Source of the DNA: Longimicrobiales bacterium
GTDB taxonomy: Bacteria > Gemmatimonadota > Gemmatimonadetes > Longimicrobiales > Gaopeijiaceae
Length of the DNA stretch: 64,000 nt
Reading direction: 5' to 3'
Assembly: GCA_965238005.1 (NCBI GenBank)
Contig: OZ250165.1
Location: 832,001 to 896,000 of the forward strand
In this document: positions 18,823-28,990 of the stretch, piece after piece
How the letters are laid out: each line of letters opens with the position of its first letter
How positions within the stretch are numbered: position 1 is the stretch's first letter
The notes under the pieces: model-generated
Databases searched by the model: none
Seen by the model: the letters and a program-made list of their open reading frames with translations, nothing else
What the model was told of the DNA's origin: nothing
Translations under genes and position numbers: made by a program

Positions 18823-20887
18823 TCTCGAGGCCTTCTACGAGGAATTTTTCCAGGAGGTACACAGTACCGCTGAGGCGGATCAACAACTCGCCGAGGATGC
18901 CTTCTTCGACCTCTTTTGTCGCGAGCTGGTCGAATCTGGGGAGCTAGATACTGCCGATCGGGCGCAGTACATCGGGGCAAGAGGGTTGCGCGTCGATGGG
19001 TACGGAGGTGACCCGATCGAGACGAATGGGCCCTTCACGTTGATCATTGCGGACTTCAAGCAGTCGAACGAGGTCTCGACGCTCACGGCCACCGAGATGA
19101 CGGCAATCTTCAAGCGACTTGAGAACTTCCTGACCAAATCTATGGATCCGGACTTCCGCAACAGCCTTGAGGAGACCGCCCCCGGGTTTGGCCTTGCAGA
19201 TCTCATCGGTCGGCGTGTAAAGGGCACTTCGAAGATCAGGCTGCTGCTCATCAGCAACCGCCTTCTGAGCTCCCGCGTCGATAGCCGTGAGGCTGGTGAA
19301 TTTCAGGGTATTCCCCTCACATATGGAGTCTGGGACATTGGGCGCCTCCATCGATACGTGACCTCCGGTCGCGGTCGTGAAGACCTTGAGATCGACCTCG
19401 TGGCGGACTTCGGTGGCCCGCTCCTTCTCTTACCTGCACACCTTGATGGAGCTGGATATGAGGCGTACCTAGCGGCTGTTCCAGGAAGTCAGCTCGCCTC
19501 GATCTACGACCGGTGGGGAGCGAGACTGCTTGAGCAGAACGTCCGGTGCTTCTTGCAGGCCCGAAGCAAGGTGAACAAGGGAATCCGGAATACGATTCAG
19601 AATGATCCCGAGATGTTCTTCGCGTATAACAACGGAATCACCGCCACAGCTGAGAGCATCCGTACAGAACAGACTGCTCGAGGTCTACTACTGACCCATG
19701 TCACGAACTTCCAAATCGTGAACGGGGGCCAGACGACTGCCTCGCTCCATGCTGGGAGGCGGAACAAGGAAGTCGACCTTTCCAAGGTCTTCGTCCAAAT
19801 GAAACTCTCGATCGTGGATCCTGAGCAGTCCGAGGTGGTCGTGCCGAAGATTTCCGAGTTTGCTAACAGTCAGAATCGGGTCAACGCGGCAGACTTCTTC
19901 GCCAACCACCCATTCCACGTCCGGATGGAGGAGTTCTCGAGAAGGATCTTCGCACCGGCACCGGACGGGACGTTCGTCCAATCGAAATGGTTCTATGAGC
20001 GTGCGCGAGGCCAGTATCTCGATGCGCGAGCGTATCTCACGCAGGCACAACGGAAGCGGTTCGATCTTGAGTATCCAAGGAACCAGACGTTCTCAAAGAC
20101 CGATTTGGCCAAGTTTATAAACGTGTGGCACGGACACCCCGATATAGTAAGCAAGGGTGCCCAGAAGAATTTCGCGAATTTCGCGATGAGAATCGGAAGG
20201 GAGTTCGCGACCGCGCCGGACGGGTTCAACGAGACGTACTACAAGCACTCCATAGCCAAGGCGATCGTGTTCCGGCATGTCGAGAAGCTCGTGACGCGGC
20301 AGGATTGGTATGAGGGCGGGTACCGAGCTAATGTTGTGGCCTACACCATCGCGAAGCTGGCGCACGACCTAGGTGCTCGAAGGCAGGCTGTGGACCTTGA
20401 CAGCATCTGGCGGAGACAGGCCGTATCCCCAACTCTGAACGAGACTCTGTGCATAATCGCGAAGGCCGTTCATGATGTGATCGTTGATCCTCCCGAAGGG
20501 ATGCGCAACGTCACAGAGTGGGCCAAAAAGCAGGGGTGCTGGCAGCGGGTCCAGGATCCTGCGCCGGATCTGCCCATAGGACTGGACGCAGACCTTGTCA
20601 CAATGGAGCAGCGCAAATCAGCCGAACAGGCGGCGGTCAAGGAGCAGAAGGTCCTGAATGAGGTTGAGGCACTTATGGCTGTGTTTGAGGCAGGGAGTGA
20701 CCTCTGGCAGAACGTGAAGGATTGGGGAGAGAGCCATCGACTCCTGTCCCTGAAGGAGGCCGGCATCCTCGAGTCGGCCTGCTCAATGCCTGACCAGCTT
20801 CCAAGTGAAAAACAGAGCCTTGTGATCCTCGAGACGCTCAGGAAGCTCCAAGCAGAGGGGTGTCCGCTCGGCGATGGAATAGCGTGA
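18812..20887 (+). CDS. AIPR family (abortive infection phage resistance) protein
   Basis: LLEQNVRCFL, FFAYNNGIT, QIVNGGQTTAS, ANSQNRV, WFYERARGQY; start ATG 18812 overlaps the upstream gene. Confidence 0.88.
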   Translation: MSTDLEAFYEEFFQEVHSTAEADQQLAEDAFFDLFCRELVESGELDTADRAQYIGARGLRVDGYGGDPIETNGPFTLIIADFKQSNEVSTLTATEMTAIFKRLENFLTKSMDPDFRNSLEETAPGFGLADLIGRRVKGTSKIRLLLISNRLLSSRVDSREAGEFQGIPLTYGVWDIGRLHRYVTSGRGREDLEIDLVADFGGPLLLLPAHLDGAGYEAYLAAVPGSQLASIYDRWGARLLEQNVRCFLQARSKVNKGIRNTIQNDPEMFFAYNNGITATAESIRTEQTARGLLLTHVTNFQIVNGGQTTASLHAGRRNKEVDLSKVFVQMKLSIVDPEQSEVVVPKISEFANSQNRVNAADFFANHPFHVRMEEFSRRIFAPAPDGTFVQSKWFYERARGQYLDARAYLTQAQRKRFDLEYPRNQTFSKTDLAKFINVWHGHPDIVSKGAQKNFANFAMRIGREFATAPDGFNETYYKHSIAKAIVFRHVEKLVTRQDWYEGGYRANVVAYTIAKLAHDLGARRQAVDLDSIWRRQAVSPTLNETLCIIAKAVHDVIVDPPEGMRNVTEWAKKQGCWQRVQDPAPDLPIGLDADLVTMEQRKSAEQAAVKEQKVLNEVEALMAVFEAGSDLWQNVKDWGESHRLLSLKEAGILESACSMPDQLPSEKQSLVILETLRKLQAEGCPLGDGIA

Positions 20888-21349
20888 GGCGGAGCGCGCC
20901 GGGCGGGTAACGGAAATGGTACGCCCCACATATTGGAGCTAAGCTGGATTCCCAGCCAGCCCCCTAGCGGCACAGACGGTTGGAGGTTCTAACTCGGCGG
21001 GTGCTGCGAGGCCCTAGCTGGGCTAGGGAGACGCAAACTCCTAATGTCCGGCCCTTAAATCAATGTTCAGTAATGCGTGGATCCATCAAACTGCACCTGT
21101 CCGGCCACTGACCCCACCCGATGGCCTCGGACTCAAGGACTCCAAGGCTGATCGCTCGAACTCGTCCGCAGACCTCTTCTATGGTCTAATGGATTCCCGT
21201 TCAGAAAGTGGGATTTAATGAGGGGATCAAAGCGAGTTGATCAGTAGTAAGTCATTAATTATCAATAACTTATAATTTATCTGACGTTGCCGACCCAGCG
21301 CCGGGCGAGGAAAGTGGCGAGTGACGAGGGGGCGCTCCGAGGTGATATC

Positions 21350-21433
21350 GTGCGTCCGCCGTCGAGCGGAGCTACGCACGGCCGGAGCTGTTCGAGAAGC
21401 GCCGCGGGCTGATGGATCGGTGGGCAGCGTAAC
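21350..21433 (+). pseudogene. Remnant of a P4-type integrase C-terminus
   Basis: Translates to AVERSYARPELFEKRRGLMDRWAA*, matching the tails of the intact integrases. Confidence 0.6.
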
Positions 21434-21559
21434 TGACCGGTGGCGGCGCAACGGCTGTACGCCTGCATGGATGAGTCGAGATTCACGGCGCGGATCGTCC
21501 GGGATCAGGAGAAAGTTCTAGAGAGCTTGTGACCAGCCCCAGCTGCGTAGTCAAGAGGT

Positions 21560-21657
21560 GACGATCCAGTCGGCCAGGAACTCAGCCTGCCCGTCGGTCA
21601 GTTGCCGGCGGCGCTGGAGCAGATCCGAGCGAGCGTAGGCCGCTTCCGCCGAATCCG
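21560..21657 (-). pseudogene. Second P4-type integrase C-terminal remnant
   Basis: Minus strand reads SAEAAYARSDLLQRRRQLTDGQAEFLA. Confidence 0.55.
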
Positions 21658-21709
21658 GGCCAGACTGCAGCGTAGACCCCAAAAGACCTGCTGATTTCCT
21701 CCATACGGC

Positions 21710-23650
21710 CTATGGGAGTTCGAAGAGGAAGGGACGAAGGAACTCGATCGTACGCCCGGCGGCCCCTGCCCCGATAAGGGTGTTCACGTCGTGGCCGACG
21801 CCAGGATAGAGGTGTTCCTCGAATTCCTCTTCCGTCTTTCCCGCCGCATGCATTACCTCGATCAACCGGTGGGCCTGGCTGACGGCCACGACGGTGTCCG
21901 CGGTCCCATGGTGCAGTTGGACCGGCGGGAGACGATCGATGAAATACACTCCGGAACGGCGTACCAACGCAAGCCGAGCCGCCGCGTCGGAGAGTTTCCG
22001 CAGCTGCCAGGGCAAGATGACAGTCTCGTTGAGGTATTCGAGACCGGGAAGATCCCGGAGCTCGCCGTCGAGCGCCTCCTCGAAGATCTCACGTGCATAC
22101 TCACCGAACAGGTCCGTCGGGCCGAAGAACTCGACGACGGCGTCGATCCTCGGATCGCGCGCGGCCGTCAGGAGGCCCACAGCGCCCCCCCGACTGAACC
22201 CCAAGGCGGCTACCCTCTCCTCGTCCAGCTCCGGCGCTTCGTCGATCACGACGGAGAGAAGTGACATGGTGTCGTCGATGTCCCAGTCCCAGGGGCTAGG
22301 TGGACCCTCGGACAAGAATACCTGGTCCGCGAATTCGAGGGGCTCCGACCGATAGGACGGTACCACGAAGGCGGCGCTGTGGCCCTGCAGTAACGAATTC
22401 GCGAGAAAAACGTCGTCGAGCTCCACGCCTTGGTCCCCGCCATGGGCATAGACGATCACGGGAAGGGAGCCGGGCTCCTCCGCACCGGCCGGAGTCACCA
22501 CCGCGCCGTAGTGCCGGTACCCCCCTACGGTGTGAGACAGGATCCGGACCTTGAGAAGTCCGCCTCCCAAGGGCGGCTGCAGGTTACGTTCGAATTCAAG
22601 GCGAACCCCACTCACCTCGGGCTCACGGGCCTCCCACTCCGCCTCCACCTGTGCGATCTCCATCGCCGTGGGCGGGGCCAACAGAACGTCGAGGTCCGCT
22701 CCGCCGCGGGGCGCTTCTACGGTGACCTCGAAGGTCTGGGTGGCGCTGAGGCCTCCGGGATCGGTCGCAGTCACCCTGACGGTCGCAGTCCCCGGAGCCG
22801 CGCCGGTCACCGTGACATCGCTGCCGGAAACACTCACCGTGGCGACATCCAAAGCGTCTGAGTCGGCCTCATAGCTCAAGGCGTCCCCATCGGGATCGGA
22901 AAAGGCCCCGGAAACATCCACCGCCACCTCCGTTCCCTCTACCACGCTCTGGTCCGGAACCGCGGCCGACACTGTCGGCGCCCGGTTGGCGCTGATGACG
23001 GTGACCTCGAAGGTCTGGGTGGCGCTGAGGCCTCCGGGATCGGTCGCAGTCACCCTGACGGTCGCACTCCCCGGAGCCGCGCCGGTCACCGTGACATCGC
23101 TGCCGGAAACACTCACCGTGGCGACATCCAAAGCGTCTGAGTCGGCCTCATAGCTCAAGGCGTCCCCATCGGGATCGGAAAAGGCCCCGGAAACATCCAC
23201 CGCCACCTCCGTTCCCTCTACCACGCTCTGGTCCGGGATCGCGGCCGACACCGCCGGCGCCCGGTTGGCGCTGATGACGGTGACCTCGAAGGTCCCGGTG
23301 GCACTCAGGCCTCCGGGGTCGGTTGCGGTCACCGTGATCGTCGCACTCCCCGGAGCCACGCCGGTCACCGTGACATCGCTTCCGGAGACGCTCGCCGTGG
23401 CAACATCCGAAGCGTCCGAGTCGGCCTCATAGCTCAAGGCGTCCCCATCGGGGTCGGAAAAGGCCCCGGAAACATCCACCGCCACCTCCGTTCCCTCTAC
23501 CACGCTCTGGTCCGGAATCGCGGCTGACGCTGTCGGTGCGCGGTTGGGGGGCGGTGCGGGTGGGCTCGTGGGCGTCTGAGTTCCACCATCACCGCACGCG
23601 ACGACGAACTGCAGCATGAGCACTGCAACAAACACGTTCAGACGCTGCAT
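21710..23650 (-). CDS. Lipoprotein with three Ig/cadherin-like repeats and a C-terminal alpha/beta hydrolase (S9 peptidase/esterase-like)
   Basis: Lipobox VVAC; three 93-aa repeats; YAHGG oxyanion motif, GFSRGG nucleophile, HGTAD, GVGH. Confidence 0.8.
   Translation of the reverse strand: MQRLNVFVAVLMLQFVVACGDGGTQTPTSPPAPPPNRAPTASAAIPDQSVVEGTEVAVDVSGAFSDPDGDALSYEADSDASDVATASVSGSDVTVTGVAPGSATITVTATDPGGLSATGTFEVTVISANRAPAVSAAIPDQSVVEGTEVAVDVSGAFSDPDGDALSYEADSDALDVATVSVSGSDVTVTGAAPGSATVRVTATDPGGLSATQTFEVTVISANRAPTVSAAVPDQSVVEGTEVAVDVSGAFSDPDGDALSYEADSDALDVATVSVSGSDVTVTGAAPGTATVRVTATDPGGLSATQTFEVTVEAPRGGADLDVLLAPPTAMEIAQVEAEWEAREPEVSGVRLEFERNLQPPLGGGLLKVRILSHTVGGYRHYGAVVTPAGAEEPGSLPVIVYAHGGDQGVELDDVFLANSLLQGHSAAFVVPSYRSEPLEFADQVFLSEGPPSPWDWDIDDTMSLLSVVIDEAPELDEERVAALGFSRGGAVGLLTAARDPRIDAVVEFFGPTDLFGEYAREIFEEALDGELRDLPGLEYLNETVILPWQLRKLSDAAARLALVRRSGVYFIDRLPPVQLHHGTADTVVAVSQAHRLIEVMHAAGKTEEEFEEHLYPGVGHDVNTLIGAGAAGRTIEFLRPFLFELP
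22716..23547. repeat. Three tandem 279-bp intragenic repeats
   Basis: CCACGCTCTGGTCCG recurs at 22942, 23221 and 23500. Confidence 0.9.
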
Positions 23651-23768
23651 GAGGCCTGCCCGGCTCAGTGGACTGCTGAGGGATTTCCGTTTGACATCCG
23701 AATCGCACTCGGAAACGATAGTTTGTCAAGGAAAAAATAACTTGATCCACCTACCGTGGAAGGCGACG

Positions 23769-23900
23769 GGCCTCAGCATCAAGAACGACGAGACGTGCCG
23801 GCTGGCGAGCGAACTGCCTCGGCGGATCGGCACCGCCACCCCTCGATCGAAGAACTCGACACGGATCGAATCAGCCTCGGCAGTGGAAAGCGCGTGATCG
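23769..23900 (+). pseudogene. Degraded VapB-like antitoxin remnant
   Basis: GLSIKNDETCRLASEL resembles the N-terminus of Rv0623-like antitoxins. Confidence 0.35.
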
Positions 23901-24150
23901 CGAGGACTGGACGGCTCGACCGCACGCACCGGATCACCGTGGCGGGGACGTGGAATGCCGACGAATGAGATCCACCGCCCGCATGTCCAAACCTTGCCCT
24001 TCGTCGCCGAGGAATCGGCACTCGCTCTGAGGACAGCGCTGCCGGACAACGGGACCGAAGACGAGTCCACGGGTCGCGCGTACGGTTCTCGCTCGCCAGT
24101 TTGAACGCGCGATGCCATACACGTGGTGCCTAACGAGGGGAGCCGGGACG

Positions 24151-24767
24151 ATGGAAGACTGGAGCTGTCCCCGACTGGATCGTCGGCAAGCGCTCCACCT
24201 GATCGGAGCGGGAGGGCTCGGTCTCCTTGCAGCCGGAAGAACTGCCGGAGGTCTCTTCGCGGCGCCGAGGCGTGCAGGGTCCGGAGCGCGGCAGGTCTCC
24301 TTCCAGGAGGGCGCGGTCATCCGCACGATCTTCACCGATCTGTCTCCGGATGCGCTCGCGCATGCACGACGCTATTCCATGAGCACCTCGACGGCGTCTA
24401 CTCGCGCGAGACGCGCCAGCTCCAGCTTCCGCCTCCGTCGTCGGCCAATATCGCTCCCGTGATTGCCGACATCGAAGAGGTGATGGACAGCGGCGTGATC
24501 TGCATCGTCGACGCGGGGCATCCCGATATGGGTGTGAACTACGACCACCTCAGGCAGATCTCCACAGAGACCGGCCTTCACGTCGTGGCGAGCGGCGGGT
24601 ATTACCTGCGGAACACCTATCCCGCCGAGATCTCGACGATGACCGAGGACCAGATCGCGGCACGACTCGTCGCCGAGGCCAACGCTGGTCGGTTTGGCGC
24701 GTACGGGGAGATCGGCAACATGGCCGGGCGCGCCGAATTCTTCCCCGACGAGATCAAGGTCTTCTGA
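24151..24767 (+). pseudogene. Phosphotriesterase-family protein with Tat signal, frameshifted and 3'-truncated
   Basis: LDRRQAL Tat motif in one frame, then TLFHEHL, IVDA, ASGGYY and GEIG in another; stops after about 200 codons. Confidence 0.7.
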
Positions 24768-25325
24768 CCTGCCCCCAAGAGCGGTACCACATCCTATGTT
24801 AGTCCCAGCACCTGTGGAGGGCCGTGAAGGACGGGCATCCTCAGGAACCAGGGCGACGGCTTAATCGCCTCAGGGGCCGGGGAAAGCCGCCGCAGGCGCT
24901 GTGGGGTCGGACGGTATTCTCGGGCGGTAACGCCGTCCGGTTGTAGGCGCGGCCGTTCGGATCCCTCACCGCGTCGGCCAACTGATGTCCACAATGGTGC
25001 GCGCCATCGCACGAAACGTACTCCACAAGGTGGCGTGGATATGTGACGACGGTAGGGATTCCCGCCAAACGATTCCGTTTTTCCGGCTATAGGGACACGA
25101 TGGAGTCAGGTCTTGTCAAACGGCAAGTGCGGCAGATCGTGCAGTCCTGATTGAACTTAGACGATTTCTTGCCGTAAAACACACAACTTGAATCCGATAC
25201 CGTCCAAGGAGTTCCGGGTAGGTGCATAACATCCAGTATTTACAACAGGTTACGTAGTTTATTTCTTGTCTCGTTCTCCAGCAGTGCCCTTTGTGATCCC
25301 GTTCCATCCCAGTTATGATTGGGGG

Positions 25326-26561
25326 ATGGATAATGTAATTCGATCTCCCGTCAAGCGCCGCCTAGGCAAGCCCAAGGGCCGCCATCCCCACAAGCGGCTC
25401 TCGAGCGCCTTCGTGCGCTCGGCACCGCCCGGCAGGCACTGCGATGGCAACGGTCTCTACCTTTACGTCCAGAAGACCGGAACCCGGAGTTGGATTCAGC
25501 GGCTCGTGATCCGGGGCCGCAAGCGCGAGCTCGGACTCGGCAACGCCCAACTGGTCTTGCTCGCCGAGGCGCGGGAGCAGGCGCTGGCCAACCGCAAGCT
25601 TGCCCGCGCGGGCGGCGATCCGCTGGCCGAGAAGCGGCGTTCGGCGGGCATTCCCACCTTCGCCGAGGCCGCTAAGCGCGTCATCGAGCAGAAGAGCGCC
25701 GGATGGCGCAACGCGGCGGTGCCGAGGAACTGGTATCGCAGCTTCGAGATTCACGTCTTCCCAAGGATCGGGAGGGTGCCGGTCTCCGAGATGACGAGCG
25801 CCGACGTGCTCGAGATCCTCACACCCATCTGGCACGCGAACCCGCCGACGGCCCGGATCGTTCGCCACCGCATCCGCGCCGTGCTGGAATGGGCCATCGC
25901 CATGGACTGGAGAACGGACAACCCGTGCGACCGGCTCCTGCCGGTGCTCGGCTCCCAGCAACATGTCGTCAGACACCGGAAGGCCCTGCCTCACCGCGAG
26001 GTGGGGGCGGCCACCGAGAAGGTCCGGGCGGCGAAGGCGGGCAAGGTGGACGCGCTGGCGTTCGAGTTCATGGTGCTCACGGCGGCGCGGGGCGTCGAGG
26101 TCCGCGGGGCGATATGGAGCGAGATCGACCGGGAGGAGCGCGTCTGGACGATCCCCGCGAGCCGGATGAAGAGCCTGCGCGCGCACCGTGTGCCGCTGTG
26201 CGGCCGCGCGCTGGAGATTCTCGACGCGGCGCGGAAGCTGGGCGGCGGCGGGAGTCCGATCGTGTTCGTCGGCAAGCGCGGCAGAGAGGTGGGCGGCGAG
26301 CAGATGGGCCGGCTGCTCAGGAAGCACGGGATCGCGGCGGTGCCGCATGGGTTCAGGTCGTCGTTCAGGGACTGGGCCGCCGAAGAGACGGACCACCCCC
26401 GCGAAGTCGTCGAGGCGGCCCTGGCCCATGTAGTCCGAAACCCGGTCGAGGCCGCCTACATGCGCTCCGACCTGTTCGAGCGCCGCCGTCGGCTCATGGA
26501 CGACTGGGCAGCCTACCTAGCCAGCGAGGGTCGGGAGCCGGAGGCCGGACGGAGCGGCTGA
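25326..26561 (+). CDS. P4-family tyrosine integrase (element carrying the Ntn protease and Bil-like operon)
   Basis: GRHCDGNGLYL, TAARGVE, PHGFRSSFRDWA, ALAH, AAYMRSDL. Confidence 0.92.
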   Translation: MDNVIRSPVKRRLGKPKGRHPHKRLSSAFVRSAPPGRHCDGNGLYLYVQKTGTRSWIQRLVIRGRKRELGLGNAQLVLLAEAREQALANRKLARAGGDPLAEKRRSAGIPTFAEAAKRVIEQKSAGWRNAAVPRNWYRSFEIHVFPRIGRVPVSEMTSADVLEILTPIWHANPPTARIVRHRIRAVLEWAIAMDWRTDNPCDRLLPVLGSQQHVVRHRKALPHREVGAATEKVRAAKAGKVDALAFEFMVLTAARGVEVRGAIWSEIDREERVWTIPASRMKSLRAHRVPLCGRALEILDAARKLGGGGSPIVFVGKRGREVGGEQMGRLLRKHGIAAVPHGFRSSFRDWAAEETDHPREVVEAALAHVVRNPVEAAYMRSDLFERRRRLMDDWAAYLASEGREPEAGRSG

Positions 26562-26678
26562 TCCCCTGCCGAGCTCTTCTCGGCGAGGCCACAGCATGGG
26601 CTGCCCTTGCCCGATTTGACCTGGTAGTAGATAGCTTCTGTTACGTTTAGATCATCATACAGTTCAATTCCAAGTGAG

Positions 26679-27302
26679 ATGCCTGATCAGATTGTATTGC
26701 CGTTGAGTTCGTGGCAGCTGGTGGCGATCGTCGTGGCAATAGCCTTCCTGGTGGTCTTCAAAGCTCCGATCACCCGGTTCATCGATCGTATCAAGAGCGT
26801 CAGCAAGGAAGGTCTCCACACCCATGATGGGGCGCAATTGGCAGCAAAGAAGCCTGAGGCTCTCGCCGAGTATCTCGAAGGCTACCAAAATCCGCTGCTC
26901 CTTGACGTGGAGTCTCGCATTGAGAAGCAGCTTCAAAACCGAGGACTCACCGATCCTACCGAGGTCCGTACGGCCCTGTTGAAGGGCCTCGCAACAAACG
27001 TCATTTTGCGCTCGTTCGAGACGAGTCAATATTCCATCTTCGCAAGTCAGGTATCGGCACTGACCTTCCTTAACGAACAGCCCAAGCCGACAGCCCGGGA
27101 TGCGCTCAAGGCTTTCTACGACAAGGCGGCGACTCACTTCCCAGCATCGTACGAAGACCGCACCTTTGATCAGTGGTTTGGGTTCCTCAGGGGGCAGGAA
27201 TTGGTTGCCGAGGAGGGCACCGACGTAACTATCTCCCGTGTTGGCATAGAGTTCCTGAAATGGCGCGTGGACCAGGGATACGCAGGTCCCTGGCATAGCT
27301 AA
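26679..27302 (+). CDS. Hypothetical membrane-anchored protein with possible C-terminal wHTH
   Basis: N-terminal TM segment; C-terminal FGFLRGQELV...ISRVGIEFLKW. Confidence 0.55.
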   Translation: MPDQIVLPLSSWQLVAIVVAIAFLVVFKAPITRFIDRIKSVSKEGLHTHDGAQLAAKKPEALAEYLEGYQNPLLLDVESRIEKQLQNRGLTDPTEVRTALLKGLATNVILRSFETSQYSIFASQVSALTFLNEQPKPTARDALKAFYDKAATHFPASYEDRTFDQWFGFLRGQELVAEEGTDVTISRVGIEFLKWRVDQGYAGPWHS

Positions 27303-27798
27303 CACTCGGTTCCAGGAGCTAGTGCGAGCCAAGGACTGCCTAAACGGCGCACGGTCTCGGCCCGTGGCGGGTCTGATGGCGTGCCTGCTTCGGCAGCGCG
27401 ACGCAACGCTGGACGGGAACCGATGGCGAAGAAGATTCTAACCGCTGATGCATGGGGCCGTCGACCGATCAGTGCCAAGGGCCGGTTGCACCGGAGTTTG
27501 TTGCATCACTTTCGAGAGAGAGAGAGTAGGCCCCACTCCGCGTGGGATCCCGCCGGTGCCTCCCCATCGCCAGTATGGATGTGCAGGGCGTGGTCTCACA
27601 GCAACTTTGCCGGCAGTGCGCCATTGCCTTACACTCCTTGTCGACGGGGATGCAAGGAGATTGCCTGATGATGTCAGGATCCCCAATGGTCGTCTATGCT
27701 AGCGTCGGTAGTGAACGAGGATCTTTAGTGATCTCTTGTGGCTCCTCATGTGAGACCACTGGTCCCTGCCGTGCTCATGCAATGCCAGGGTTGGGTTC

Positions 27799-28815
27799 AT
27801 GACGACTCTTGCGGCACTCGCATCCAAAGATGCACTCGTCATGGGGACGGACAGCCTTGGCACCGTTACCAGGCGGCTGGTGGATCCGCTCGACCTCTTG
27901 GAGTGCTTTGATCCAAAAGACGATTTCAAGCTCAAGGTCGATGACCAGGGCAAACCGTTACTCGACAGTTTCTCCACCCTTTTGGAACAAGCGCAGGCCG
28001 TTCCGTATAATCAGCTGAGTAATGTTTCGAAGTTGTTCGACCTTAGCCCTCTACCGATGGGGGTTATGTTCACTGGGACAACATCGATAGGCAACCGCAC
28101 TATCGGCAAGTTAATCTCCCAATTCAAAGAAGCGCATCCAGTCTTCGACGTAGATGCTGAGCCATCGAACTATGCAGTTCGATCGGTCGGTACTCGGCTA
28201 CTACAGTCCTTGAGACAATCCTATGCTAGTACGTACCCGCAACCACACGCACGTCCTGAACTAGAACTCATAATTGGCGGCTACGATAATCTAAGCTACT
28301 TGCCTGGCTTATATAGGATTGACGTTCGAGAGGATACAATCGTCGAGATATTCTCGAGTGACTCACCCTTCGGCATCGCATTTAGTGGGCAAAAGGACTG
28401 GATTCAACGAATCGTTTTTGGCACAGATGACAATAACCAAGTTGCTCTGGCTCAGAGGGCACATGATTTGCTTGTCGATTACCATCAACGCGTAAGTGAC
28501 GCTATTGCCAACGCTGGAATCACATTTGAAGTTCCACACCCAGACTCATGGGGTGATGAACTCAATCTTTTCAAAGACTGGAATCTCCAGGGCCTAGATG
28601 CAAACATTGCTGACTTCTCCGAACAGAACGCTATCGATTGTGTAGATTTCCTCATCGAGATCATGATCAGGGCACAAGCTGTTAGTTCGCAATTGCCAAC
28701 GGTCGGAGGTGACATAAACATCGCCGTAATACGTAAGGATGGATTTCGGTTTGTTTCGCGCCAAGAGTGGCGGCACGGCGATCACAGTATCAAGATTCCG
28801 GGGGTCCAGCAATGA
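27799..28815 (+). CDS. Proteasome-beta/HslV-like Ntn-hydrolase (Thr protease)
   Basis: MTT start (Thr1 nucleophile), VMGTDS, SKLF, MFTG, LIIGGYD, TVGGDINIAVIRKDG. Confidence 0.7.
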   Translation: MTTLAALASKDALVMGTDSLGTVTRRLVDPLDLLECFDPKDDFKLKVDDQGKPLLDSFSTLLEQAQAVPYNQLSNVSKLFDLSPLPMGVMFTGTTSIGNRTIGKLISQFKEAHPVFDVDAEPSNYAVRSVGTRLLQSLRQSYASTYPQPHARPELELIIGGYDNLSYLPGLYRIDVREDTIVEIFSSDSPFGIAFSGQKDWIQRIVFGTDDNNQVALAQRAHDLLVDYHQRVSDAIANAGITFEVPHPDSWGDELNLFKDWNLQGLDANIADFSEQNAIDCVDFLIEIMIRAQAVSSQLPTVGGDINIAVIRKDGFRFVSRQEWRHGDHSIKIPGVQQ

Positions 28816-28979
28816 ACGAAAGAAACCGCTTGTATTCAACGGTGAAGGAGGAGCGCGAAAGGGAGGATCTGAAAAAGAAACTGAGGCTAGCCCGCACTGC
28901 CATTGCTAAGGGTGGTGGCATGCCGAAGCGAACGTCGCAGGAGCAAGTGCGCTCTAAAGAGCGACAGAGTCATGACTGA
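28812..28979 (+). CDS. Small basic hypothetical protein coupled to the Ntn protease
   Basis: ATGA overlap; 55 aa. Confidence 0.35.
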   Translation: MNERNRLYSTVKEEREREDLKKKLRLARTAIAKGGGMPKRTSQEQVRSKERQSHD

Positions 28980-28990
28980 CTTGATAGGTG

